Shown here in pieces: positions 37,701 to 50,128 of a stretch of 64,000 nucleotides of DNA. Origin of the DNA: Mobula hypostoma (Eukaryota). The position numbers were made by a program, and so were the translations under genes. The notes beneath the pieces were generated by a model. It saw nothing but the letters and a program-made list of their open reading frames with translations, was not told the DNA's origin and ran no database searches. The stretch covers positions 77,626,001 to 77,690,000 of the forward strand of contig NC_086097.1 in the NCBI RefSeq assembly GCF_963921235.1, in the 5' to 3' direction. Position 1 is the stretch's first letter, and the number at the start of each line of letters is the position of its first letter.

Positions 37701-40700
37701 GATGTCTGATTCAGACTATCAGTTGAACACAGCATACCTGGTGCCCATCAAGGTCAGTTCTATGCAAGGAACACACTGTTGTATGGATCTACATCAAGTT
37801 GTTAGTACAAAGACAGCAGAGATTTTAACTTGAGAGCAATGCCCTTTTGAAGCAAGCCATGAATCTCGAAATAATGTAATTCAAATGAATCAGATGTTGT
37901 TGATGTTCAAAGTTAATTAATTATCAAAGTTGTATATGTTGCCATATGCTACCTTGAAATCCATTTTCTTGCAGGCATCTTACAGGAAAGATAAAGAAGT
38001 ACAATAACATTTCACAAAAAAACTTACATATAAACAAAAGTGAATAAACAACCAATATGCAAATAAAAAAATACTGAGTAAAAGAGTTGTAAATTTGAGT
38101 CAGTAACTCATAGAATCAGTTCAGTGTAGTAATGATTGAAGTTATTTACAGTGGTTCAGTAGCCTTATGGCTGTTGGAGGTATAAAATTACAATAAAGAT
38201 CATAATAAAATCTACTGGGAGATTGGTCATTGGCAGATCATGGCAGATGTACATTTGTACACCATGCTGATGTTAACATTTAGCATCAGCTTGAAATTTA
38301 ATGACGTTATCATTATTGATCCCAGATGAAGAGTCTTGAGCCTAAGCATCACTAATCATTTTGGAAATGAATGATTGCGGTCACTCCTGGATATATATCT
38401 CAGTTTCATTCATGTGAAAGTTCTCAACCCAAAGAAGCAACTGTCCATTTCCCCTTACAGATGCTGCCTGACCTGTTGGGTTCTTCTAGTATCTTGTTTA
38501 TTACTCCTCATTCCAGCATCTGCAGTCACTTGTGTTTCTAAAAGGAAGAGGGTTTGAGAAATTGTAATGTTTTGGAACTCCAGAAACTAATCAAAAGAAA
38601 AATACAGGAGATGGAATAATGTGTCCACAGTGTTCCTTTTAGTGAGGTGCTCACCATTTCCTTTCCCGTTTGGAAAGCCACCTCGTACTGCTTTGTCAAT
38701 TGCCATTTCTTCCCAATCTGTGGCATCATTTCAAAGCGTGGAAAACATTAGCCAGGTTTGGCAGTGACCTGTTATAGTAATTGACAAATCCTAAATCAGG
38801 CCACAACTGTGACATGTCCTTTGGCCTTTGGCATTGACCACTGCTTGAATTTTCTCAGCACACATGTAAACTCGTGCGTCAATGGTGTGACTGCAGTAAG
38901 TGATGCTTAGGTTAAAGAATTCGCACTTGTCATGTTGTGCCCTGAGCCTACAATCTTCTAACCTTTTTATCACTGCCTTAATATTTTGGAGATGTTCCTT
39001 GTCATCCAGGTAACACTGAGTGCCTGGGCAGCCTTGCATCACCCGGTCAATAGCTTACTGCCAGATTGCAGGTGTAGATGTTGCTCCAAAAATAAGCCTG
39101 TTATAGTGATAAAACCCTTGGTGAGTGTTTGTGGTGAGAAACACTTTGGACTCTTTTTCCATTTCCATCTGTATGTAGGCCTCCGCTAAGTCCATTTTGC
39201 TGAAGTGTTTTCCTCTGGAAAGGTTTGCAAATATATCCTCTATCCTAGTCAGAGGATATTGATCTACTTTCAGTACTGGGTTGATGATGACTTTAAAATT
39301 TTGTTAGATCCTGACAGACCCATCCTTCTTGGCTGCTGGGACCATTGGTGTTGCCCATGGACTCCATGCAACATTGAAAAGCATTCCTTCAGCCTCCATG
39401 TGATTTAGCTCACTGACTACATTATTATGGATGGTATAAGGAACTGGATGGGCTTTGTAAAACTTGGGTGTAGCATTTTACATTATTTTACCCTTGATAT
39501 GTTTGAGTTTTCCAGTGCTACCTTGAACACTGCTGTGGCATCATTCTGTATCTTTCTTAACTTGTTGTCAGTTGACCCAATTGCAGGGGATGTAACATGC
39601 AAATGGTGGATGGATCTCCAATGAAGATGCAGCTGTCTCAGCCAATCACGGCACCACAATGCTGGCCCTTCTGTTTTTACCACTTACAAGCCTAATGGCT
39701 TGTTAGCTGTTGTATTTCACTGTTACAAATGTCATTCCCACAGGAGTTACCTTCTCTCCAGTATAAATTCTTAGTTGCATATCTGCAGGCTTCGGATCAG
39801 TTTCTTTGAAATGCCATTCAAATTTATTTTGAAGAATGGCTGAAACAGCTGAGCTAAGTGTCCAATTCCATTTTAATTAATTTGCTGTTCACTTCTGGTA
39901 TAAGCCATATTGTTTGTCTCATGGCTATACAGTCCCATATCTCTCTCATCATTATCAGATTTTTCATCAACATCATGCAGATTAGTGCTCTTTTTGAAAC
40001 CACAACTTGACTTTTTATCATTTTTTCTTTCCTATGTAGCCCATTTATTTCTGTCTGTTCTTTGTATGTGTTCTACTCTGTTGCATTTTCTGTAAGTTTC
40101 ACCCTTAAACCTGCATCGGTCCTATGTGTGTGAGTCCCAGCCACAATGGTAACATAATTTGTTTGGCGAACAAGATTCTGCTTTGATGTTGCAATTTTGT
40201 CCATGCTCACTTTCATTCCTGTCTGCAACTCAATTGCGTCTCTGTCTGCTGCTTCCATTGATACAGTGATTTCAACTGCTCTTTTAAATGCAAATTATGC
40301 TTCAGTTAGGAGCAGGTTTTGAATGCTTTCTTGTAGGATTCCACAAAGTAAATCATCGTTCAGTGCATCATTAAGCCAACATTGAATTGACAATGCTCAG
40401 ACAATTTCTTCAATTCACCCAGATAAGCTGAAATGAACTCCCCTTCTTTTTGATTCCACTTATGAAACCTAAAGCGTTCTGCAATTAACAATGGCTTTGG
40501 TTCTAAATTTTTCTCTGTTACATTCACAATATCAGCAATGCGTATTTTGGTTGGAACAATTAAACTTCTAAGCAAACTGCATGCTTTTCCACCTATGGTA
40601 GTCGGTAACATTGATACTCGTTTTTAATCAGCTTTTTCATTTGCTTCAAAATACTGCTCAATTTGTTCAGTATACACCATCCAGTTATCTGTTGCACAAT

Positions 40701-40724
40701 TAGACACGTCTATCTTTCTGATGT

Positions 40725-40878
40725 CATCATCATCATCATCAGGTGCAATGCCCAGTTTGAGCTTTGACTGCCATGACCCACACACTCCTGTTTTGGGTCA
40801 AGTGTATCAATTCATTGGTATTCATTTCAAGTTCTCTGGCTGCTGTCTCCATCATCATTTGTCTTTGTTTTCCTCTTG
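40725..40878 (-). mobile_element. Short RTE LINE 3' fragment inserted in Gypsy gag
   Basis: (GAT)n tail and TSD CTTTCTGATGT (40714-40724 / 40879-40889). Confidence 0.75.
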
Positions 40879-40935
40879 CTTTCTGATGTAGCCAGCCATT
40901 TCTGCTTTTTAAAATTTATCATTATTATCACCTGG

Positions 40936-41494
40936 ATTTGTTAGGGTTGTTATAGCTGGGGATGTTAGTGGGGTTAAGCGCTGCTGCGTATTAAGTGCTC
41001 CCAATGGCATGCATCTCAAATAGCCTCTGACAACCAAATCCAGCTCCTAGCCTTTACATGTGGTTTAGCTACTAAGCCTGGTGGAACCATTTCCACTGAG
41101 ATGTTATTGGTGCCCTAAAACAAATTGTTTCAAGCAGATGTCACTTGTCAACCTTGGTTGGCAACTCACCTAGGGGAAGGAAAACTCTGATCTCAAGACT
41201 CTGCTGCCTTGTAGCTATACCCACTTATGGGGCAGGCTTTGGGAGTAAACCCCAAGGAGCAATCCAGAGCTGGAGTCCCGAAGACAGTCCTACATTGAGT
41301 TCAGTGCTGACTGGCAACTCTTGTGATGCTGTTGGTACCAAACTGTATCGGTCTCTGCCATTCCTTTGGATTCATCAGATGTTTAGAATGGGAGAGGCTG
41401 CTGCGTGTGAAACAGCTTGCTCTGCATATCGTACTTCCCTGGCTTGCGTATTATGAAATTAGCTGGGAAACAACATCTATGATTGACCCCTTCC
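40936..41494 (+). mobile_element. Non-coding insertion, RTE 5'-region-like
   Basis: TSD ATTATCACCTGG (40924-40935 / 41495-41506). Contains GGCAACTCACCTAGGGGAAGGAAAACTCTGA, resembling RTE 5' regions (from memory). Confidence 0.6.
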
Positions 41495-43149
41495 ATTATC
41501 ACCTGGTACTCACTGCTTATGAACCCATGGCCATACTTGTTGTTTGTTATTTTAATCATTTTCTGCCTTTTTTAAAAACTGAAACGTCTCTCTCCCCTTC
41601 TGATGAAAAGACGTGCTGTGTTTTAACGTGCTAGGTTGTTGTCTCAGGTTCATTTTAAAACTTCCTAATCACCACTGTTACGTTTTGTAACTCCTGCAAC
41701 TGAAAGAGAAGCTAAGGGGATAACTATCCCGTCTCCTGAGTTTTTTGTTTGATTAGTTTGTGGAGTTACAAAACATAACAGGAATTCATAGCATTTCTGA
41801 TGCAGGACTTGTATAGGACAAGACAGCTTGAGTCACACTAGGGAGGGCCTGACCAAATTTCCAGAAAAAGCCCAAACTTCCTGGAACTGCTTGTTAAAGC
41901 TTCTCACCCTGTTGCAAATATAATTTCAACTATGCGATGCTGAAGTGAACTGTACTGTGCCTTTCAAGTAGATTACAGAGATTCTGTCATTCACATATGT
42001 TAGTCGGGTTCAATAATGTCAAACTCCATTGTGTACCTCAAACAAGATGGCCGATTGACAGATTCAGAAATTCATATTTGTAAATGGATCCCTGTAGAAA
42101 TTTTTCTTTATCTGTTTTGGACTTTTGGAAATCCTTTCACTCAGATTTTCAATATAAGTAGATATTCACAACAGAGCACATAAATATATGAAGAAACATA
42201 ACATAGTGCCAGATTTTTTTTTTACAAAGTAAGAATCCTATGTCTTTCTTTTGAGGCTTTTGACATTTATACATGTGGTTGTTTAGATTGTTTATTAATT
42301 AACATAATTTAATGATGTTAAAATGGAAGCCACTAATCTATGCAAAAGTTGAAGCTCCATGTAAATGACACAACAAAAGAAATTATTTGAAATATTGAGA
42401 AAGTGAAATATCTCTGATAAGTTTTGGGCGTATCTAGTTGAGGACATTCAACAAGCATTACAAATAATGAAACAAATTATAAATTTGACTTCCTCTGACA
42501 ATGTACATCAATATTAATTCCAATTACACTTCTCAGCTTCTTCTTTCTTTCTGTCCTTTACTTAATCCTTTTATCCTCTTTTTCTAAACTCTTACCCCCT
42601 TCTGTCTCTCTTGACTCTCTTCCAGTAATGGTTGTGCCTTTAAACATCTTGGTATCTCTGGAATTCCTTCTCTAAAGTTTTCAGTCTCCCCTGTTCTCTG
42701 GTTTCCTTTGCAATCTTTTCCACCTGTGGTGGAATCCGTGCTGGACAGGTTGAGGTACAGTAGATTGATGACACAGAATTTTGCTGAAAGAAATGCCATA
42801 TATGCTGTTTCATTTGCTCGCAATGTTGGTGCAGTTAGGGCTGGAATTTAATGAGTGCACTGAACAAATTTACATGGCAACTCTCCTGTGTTCTCTTAAT
42901 ATTGCTCTGTCATTACTGAACCACACATCTCCTGTTTGTTCTTCTGTGCATTTGGTCTTGCAGCAGCACAGAACGCAGTGAACCATAATTGGCTTGGTTT
43001 CCTTCATACTGCCATATAGCAGCAGAAGGCTATTTTTCCTCCGTAGCGTTGCTGGTTGAAGCAAGCCCTCTTACAAGCATGTTTTACTGTAAATAATGGG
43101 ATACTGGAAACAACTAGGGAGAAACTAGACAACAGGTTACTCTGCTTCC

Positions 43150-43330
43150 TCTCAGCTCCAGGTACCCAGATTCCATCCTGATCTCTGCTGCTGTCCACGT
43201 GGAGTTTGAACATTCTTCATGTGACCACATGGGTTTCCCTGGGTGCTCCAGTTTTCTTTCACATCCCAAAGACATGTCGCTTGATAGGCCAATTGGCCAC
43301 TGCAAATTGCTGCTCATGTGGGAGGGCGCA
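43150..43330 (+). mobile_element. V-SINE/HE1-type SINE
   Basis: GTGGAGTTTGAACATTCT...TGGGTTTCCCTGGGTGCTCCAGTTTTCT V-domain. Confidence 0.7.
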
Positions 43331-46104
43331 GGAGTTGATTGGCCTGTGTGAGAGAGGAATCACATGGAAGTAAGTACTGGAATTGTATTGATGAGGTTGT
43401 TTTGAGAACAGACACTAACTTGTAAGGAAAAAATGAAAACATGAGAATTGAGATAAAAGCAATTATGGTGAAATGTCAGATAAAGGGAAATGGGAATTAT
43501 GGTGAAAGTCTGAGTTACACAGGAAAATTGTAGTGGGTCAAAACATTGAACTCCTCAGAGGAAATAATTACAGATCAAAGATAACAGCATAATATTTTTG
43601 TTTTTGTAATAAATGCTTTGTTTTTATTTTCTTTAGTTGACAGGATATGGACATCATTGGCATAGCCAGCATTTATTATCCTTTGACTGCTAAATCATAA
43701 ACAATTTGCTAGAGTTAGAGTGTCTGGTAGAGAAAGGAGCAGCATTCAATAGTTCAAGCAATAGAACTAGCTACTGTGATGATGATGCACTATGTTCTAG
43801 TGCTTATTGCACAATTAGATTTGATATACTCAAGTGTAAGAGCTAATTTATAGTGTTTAGGAACTATGATATTCAAGTTTTTGAGCTGAAAAAGAAGGCT
43901 TCAAGTTCAGAAATTAAATGATTCAGATCAATGGAAAAATGGCTGCCAGATATGCCGACAGCCACAAGAAGGGAGCCAAAGGAATTTTTTTGAAATAAAT
44001 GGCAGCCATTTCACCATCTGATCAAATCCCAAGAACACTTTTGAGGAACAATTTTGTTGAAATGTTATTTAAAATAGTTTAAATGACTAGTTTGTCAGAT
44101 TTCACAATATGCACTCAACAAATTCCAGATCCAACCTAGGAATCATTTAATATTTGTAAACATTGGTGAATCACACGAGAAGAAAGAGCAGCATTCTGAA
44201 CTATAAGGAAAAGAACGGCTTCTGGCTCACCTCTCTATGCCTTCTTTTTCATATAGTTATGAAATGTAAACATTGCTGGCAAGTGAAAAAAGGTCCTAAT
44301 TACTCTTGAGAAAGTTATGCTGAAACATGTGGGAACCGCTTTGCTGTGGAAGGCATTGAGCTGTGCAGACTTTCAAAATGATGGAGGAACTCTGCAGGTC
44401 ATATGACATCTGTAGAGAGAAATGGACAGTTGATGCTTTGGGTTGAGACCTTTCATACGAATGAAACTGAGACACATATCCCAGCAGTGACTGCAATCAA
44501 ACATTTCCAATATGACAAGGTACTAATGCAAAGTTTTATATTGAAAATTCCCTTAAAGAACTCCTATATTTACAAGTCTTCCTTTGGGCGCCTCCCTGCC
44601 CCATGGTCCCAAAAGCTTTTCTTCCCACTTAACCCAGCAATTGGCTCAGGCTCACACATCCCCCATCCACTCTTATCCAACCCATTGATTTGGCAATGCA
44701 CCAAGTGCCCTCAACCGGCAAACTCCACACACCACAACCTTTTGCATGCTCACCTAATCAGCGAACTTCACACACTTTGACAGTCAACAATGCCTCAGGT
44801 CTGTCAGCATTCTCTCTCTAGCATACCCAGACCAGTGTTCAGTGCATGAAATCGTAATCCCTTTAAACTAGGGAACTTCATATACATTCATTTTATAAAT
44901 TGTAATCAATAAAATTAAATACGCAAAAATCTGGATGATAGAAAATTCTCTTCCTCAAGTGTTGCTATCTCCTGATTTGAATCTCCCAGGATGTGGTTCT
45001 CGACGGAATGTGCAAAACAGGCACACCCCAAGATTGTACGTTGTTGCTATTTGCATTGTGTGTAAGGTGCACACAGCAATCCAAATATTTCTTCAAAAAT
45101 CATCTTGTGACAGCTGGTATGTATTTGGTATCTCCTAATTACAATTGTCTGGAAATTGATTTGCTTCAAATTACTTTCAGTACCATGTACATGAAAATTC
45201 TTTTCCATTTTTCAATAAAGCAAGATAATGAGCATTTCTGAGTCATTTTTCAGCACTGGGAAGATTTGATGGGGCATCTCCTGCTGTGACTGATATGAGA
45301 GACCTGTTGCATGTGCAAGAGACAACACCATCTCAGCTGAATTAAACCATATTGCTGTGGGGATAACCATCACCAGGTCCGCCTATGATGACATGATCTT
45401 CAGCCACAATGCCAGCCTGGGAGAGCTACAAATAAATTACAAGTGTACAGTGGATCCTTTATCCTACCCAATCTGGGCATTGCACTAACTTCTTCACTGT
45501 AATATTCAGCCAGATCTTTGATCTGCTAATCTGAAAGGCACTCAGTCCAATGTCCTTCAAACACAGTACCTCCCAAAAAATCTAGAACTACAGCTTCTCC
45601 TCTCCAATTTCTGACCACACCTCCTCTTGTTTAACGCTCAGACACAGTGCCACCCTTCTAATACTCACCCACTGTGTCTCCCCTCCCCTCCGGTCTCCAC
45701 TTTTAGTGCTTGATGCACACTTGTAGGTGAGGTACTTCCTTCTCACACCTTCCAGATGCAGCCCATGTCATTAAACATGTGCCCATCATTCCTATGCCTC
45801 CATGGAGAACTGGGCAGCAAATTTGAAAATACAACACTTGTCTTTGTGGTCAGATCCTTGAGTTCCTAAGTTAGACAGAAGTATAAATGAGGGAAGCATC
45901 CTCTGGTGTTTCACAGGGTCAGGTAAGAAAAATAATGTAAAGAAGAACTTAAGCTGGTACACATCCTGTCGTATCCTCAAAATATCCCAATGCACCTCAG
46001 AAGGTAGCAACTGGCTCTCTGAAGTGCAGGTTCCATAAGTAACGAAAAGCCACTTGAATCAATGAGATGTGGCAGATTTCTATATTAAAAAAATGAATGA
46101 AATG

Positions 46105-46856
46105 ATAGAAACATAGAAAACCTACAGCATAATACAGGGCTTTCGGCTCACAAATTTGTGCCGAACATGTCCCTACCTTAGAAATTACTAGGGTTACCTA
46201 TAGCCCTCTATTTTTCTAAACTCCATGTACCTATCCAAAAGTCTCTTAAAAGACCCTATTGTATCCACCTCCACCACCGTTGCCGGCAGCCCATTCCACA
46301 CACTCACCACTCTCTGAGTAAAAAACTTACCCCTGACATCTCCTCTGTACCTACTCCCCAGCACCTTAAACCTGTGCCCTCTTGTGGCAGCCATTTCAGC
46401 CCTGGGAAAAAGCCTCTGACTATCCACATGATCAATGCCTCTCATCATCTTATACACCTCTATCAGATCATCTCTCATCCTCCGTTGCTCCAAGGAGAAA
46501 AGGCTGAATTCACTCAACCTGTTTTCATAAGGCATGCTCCCCAATCCAGGCAATATCCTTGTAAATCTCCTCTGCACCCTTTCTATGGTTGGTACTGCAA
46601 GAGGGGTCTGACCAGGATCCTATATAGCTGCAACATTACCTCTCGGCTCCTAAATTCAATACCACGATTGATGAAGACCAATACACCGTATGCCTTCTTA
46701 ACCACAGAGTCAACCTGCGCAGCTGCTTTGAGCGTCCTATGGACTTGGACCCCAAGATCTCTCTGATCCTCCACACTGCCAAGAGTCTTACCATTAATAC
46801 TATATTCTGCCATCATATTTGACCTACCAAAATGAACCACCTCAGACTTATCTGGG
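46105..46856 (-). mobile_element. 5'-truncated CR1 LINE
   Basis: ORFs 46583-46903 (VVHFGRSN, RDLGVQVH) and 46194-46577 (QRRFTR, KFFTQRVV). TTTCTATGTTTCTA tail. Confidence 0.9.
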
Positions 46857-47280
46857 TGAAGTGATATTAGTGATTTAACCCAGATTTTAGTAATATTCAT
46901 CAATAAATGGACTTTGGCTTATAACTGGCAATATTTTTGATGTGTCGAGGGAAACCCTCTGCCACACCCACAGGGGTGTCAAAGTACTGGCCCATGGGAT
47001 GATTTGGGGGAAAAGAGTATATTCACGACTGTTTATTATGTATCTGTACGGCAGCCGCGCTCTCTCCCACCGCTGTCTGGGCCGCCTGCTGTGCCGGCAG
47101 CCTGTTGTGTGTACTTAGAAAACAATAGGCGGCAGTTAACCACCCGCTGTGCATAAGCACCTACCACCCCGCACTGAAGACCACTAGGGTCCCACTTACG
47201 CCGTCAGACACAGTATAAACACACGGAGTACTCAGGTCAGTAACACCTGTAGCAAGGCTGAGACTGTTTGCTGCTGTGGT

Positions 47281-49094
47281 TCAAAATGCGTTCCGAGAAA
47301 AGTTGACATCGAAAGTCGGATATTCAACGATAATTGGAAAGATTGTTTTTTCTTCTGTGAGGTCAACGGCAAACCTGTGTGTCTGATATGCTCGCAACAA
47401 GTGGCTGTGGCAAAAGAGTACAATATCAAACGACAATATGAGACGCCACACGGAGAAAAATATGTCAAGTACGCAGGACGACTCAGAACGCAAAGGGTAA
47501 ACAAGCTTGAAGCAGCTCTGAAAAAACAGCAATCAGTGTTCACCAAAAGTCGAGAGACTCATGATGGAGCTGTCAAGGCCAGCTATATCATTGCCAATAA
47601 AATAGCTGCTGCGTCGAAGCCATACTTAGAGGGGGAATTCATCAAAGCATGCATGCTGACGGCGGCTGAGCTGGTGTGCCCTGAGAAGAAACAGGCTTTT
47701 GGTAATATCAGCTTGTCAAGAAATACTGTGGCAGAGAGAATCAGGGACCTTGCAGGAGATTTGAACAGTCAACTAAAAGACAAAGTGAAGTCATTTATTG
47801 CCTTCTCTATTGCAATTGATGAGAGCACCCACGTGACTGATGTAGCTCAATTGGGAATATTTATTCGTGGTGTTGATGCATCTTTGACCGTCACCAAGGA
47901 GATTGTGGAGATGGTGCCCATGACAAACACCACAATGGCGAAGGACGATTTCTGCAGCCTCGTCGAGGCCTTGGACAGACTGGGGGATGACTAGAGTCAC
48001 GCTGTCAGCGTGGCAACAGATGGCGCACCGTCCATGGTCAGGAAGAAGGCAGGTGTTCTTGCGAAACTCAGAGAGAAAATTCAGACAGAGACTCCAGAGC
48101 AGGAATTCTGGAATTTTCATTGTATTATACACCAAGAGGTGTTATGTAGCAGGAGCCTGAAAATGGACAATGTTATGGATGTAGTAATCAAAACGGTTAA
48201 TTTTATTAGAGCCAAGGGACTCAACTATCGTCAGTTTGATACTCTCTTGTCCGAAAGTAATATTGGACACGGCCTACCCTACCACACTGAAGTCCATTGG
48301 TTGAGCAGAGGGGTTGTGCTCAAACGTTTTTCTCAATTACATGCGGAAATTGGACTATTCATGAACGAGAAAGGGAAGCCAGCGACAGAGTTGGATGACC
48401 CAGACTGGCTTCCTGATCTTGCATTTTTGGTGGATATAACAGAGCACTTAAATGTGCTTAATATTAATATGCAAGGCTGCAACAAACTTGTTATGGAATA
48501 CTACGACAGCATTTGTGCCTTTCAAATTAAATTAGGCCTGTGGGAGATGCAACTATTCCGGAACAACCCAGCTGATTTCCCCTCCTTGCAGTCTGTGCGT
48601 GTTGCTCATGGGAATAATGATAACATGGACAGATACAAGGACAAAATATCACGGCTCAAAAGTGAGTTTCAGAATTGTTTCCAAGCCTTCACTCAGCTCG
48701 AGAAGGAATTCTCACTATTTTGCTCGCCATTTGCTGTCAACGCAGCATCAGATGTGCTGGAGGAACTCCAAATGGAACTAATTGAAATTCAGTGTAACTC
48801 GGCTTTGAAATATAAATTTGAGACTGTGGGTCTGGACTCATTCTATCAATACCAGGGACTGATGTACCCCAAGATGACAGACTTTGCCTCAAAGATCCTT
48901 TGCATGTTCGGAACAACATATCTCTGTGAGCAGGCGTTCTCCATCATGAACATTAACAAATCCAAACTGCGCTCACAGCTGACAAACAAACACCTAAATG
49001 ACATTATGAAAATCACAACTGCCCAGAAACTGGTCCCTGATGTTGACAGGCTGGTTAAAGCCTAGAGATGACAGGAGTCTGGAAGCAGCAAGTG
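47281..49094 (+). pseudogene. Near-intact hAT transposase (about 600 codons, one frame, nonsense stops at 47992, 49063, 49069)
   Basis: RKVDIESRIF..W, PVCLIC, FSIAIDEST, ATDGAPSM, HCIIHQE, TEVHWLSRG, DLAFLVDIT, FGTTYLCEQAFS...KSKLRSQL. ORFs 47377 and 48010 are in the same frame. Confidence 0.9.
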
Positions 49095-49648
49095 AAAAAT
49101 GAGTGACACTGTTCGATGCACTGTGACATGTAAGCAAAATGCATTATGAAATATTGAGTGTCATAATATTGGGATTCATTAATTTTCTGACTATTCCATT
49201 ATTGTAAATGTGATCACTTCAATAAAAATTAGAGGCTAACTGTGTTCACTGTCTGAGTTTGATTGCTGGAAGCAGGCTAATAAAAATTAGGTACAGTTCC
49301 ACTTACAAGGATAAGTGCTACACATGCCCTTATACTTCCTCCCTTACCACCATTCAGGGCCCCAGACAGTCCTTCCAGGTGAGGCGACACTTCACCTGTG
49401 AGTCGGCTGAGGTGATATACTGTGTCCGGTGCTCCCGATGTGGCCTTTTATATATTGGCGAGACCCGACGCAGACTGGGAGATCGTTTTGCTGAACACCT
49501 ACGCTCTGTCTGCCAGAGAAAGCAGGATCTCCCAGTGGCCACACATTTTAATTCCACATCCCATTCCCGTTCTGACATGTCTATCCACAGCCTCCTCTAC
49601 TGTAAAGATGAAGCTACACTCAGGTTGGAGGAACAACACCTTATATTT

Positions 49649-49967
49649 CGAAGAAGGAGTCTGAGAGTCTGAGTGGGAGTGCCGAGAAAGAGATTTTTGA
49701 AATTTTCGTTATTTTTTTTCTCCAACGGCTTTCTGAGAGGCGGGACTGCGCAGGCGTGTGACGTCGGGCAGTGCAGCGCGGCAGATTTAAAAGGGCAGAC
49801 ATCCTGCTTCGGGTTTGATTCGAAGAAGGAGTCTGAGAGTCTGAGTGGGAATGCCGAGAAAGAGATTTTTGAAATTTTCGTTATTTTTTTACTCCAACGG
49901 CTTTCTGAGAGGCGGGACTGCCAAGGCGTGTGACGTCGGGCAGTGCAGCGCGGCAGATTTAAAAGGG
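49649..49967 (+). repeat. 172-bp tandem monomers in CR1 5' UTR (about 1.85 copies)
   Basis: CGAAGAAGGAGTCTGAGAGTCTGAG starts at 49649 and 49821. Near-identical up to GATTTAAAAGGG; CpG-rich. Confidence 0.9.
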
Positions 49968-50128
49968 ACAAAGCCTCATAGAGCGGGCAGCGTAGTTTGC
50001 GGGCGGCGGAGTGAGCCGGGAGCAGAGTGAAGACTTAAGGGCTTCGGCTCACTGGGCTTAGGCGGAAGCGGGTGAGGCGAGGAAGGTTTGACATTCATTT
50101 TCTGTTGCTATTTGAGGAAAGGGGCATT

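Larger units (their letters stand above)
38600..41780 (-). mobile_element. Degraded Gypsy (Mag-like) LTR retrotransposon
   Basis: gag LEPKPLLIAERFRFHKWNQKEGE...L.EHCQF; knuckle CYHCG..SHT...C near 40100-40160; protease MELDT near 39860; RT YLDD and KCEFF (38791-39042); short LTR-like end at 41676-41780. Confidence 0.85.

Noticed and set aside
49649..49967. CRISPR-like or satellite array
   Set aside because: Only two 172-bp units with no spacers, located in the CR1 5' UTR of eukaryotic DNA.
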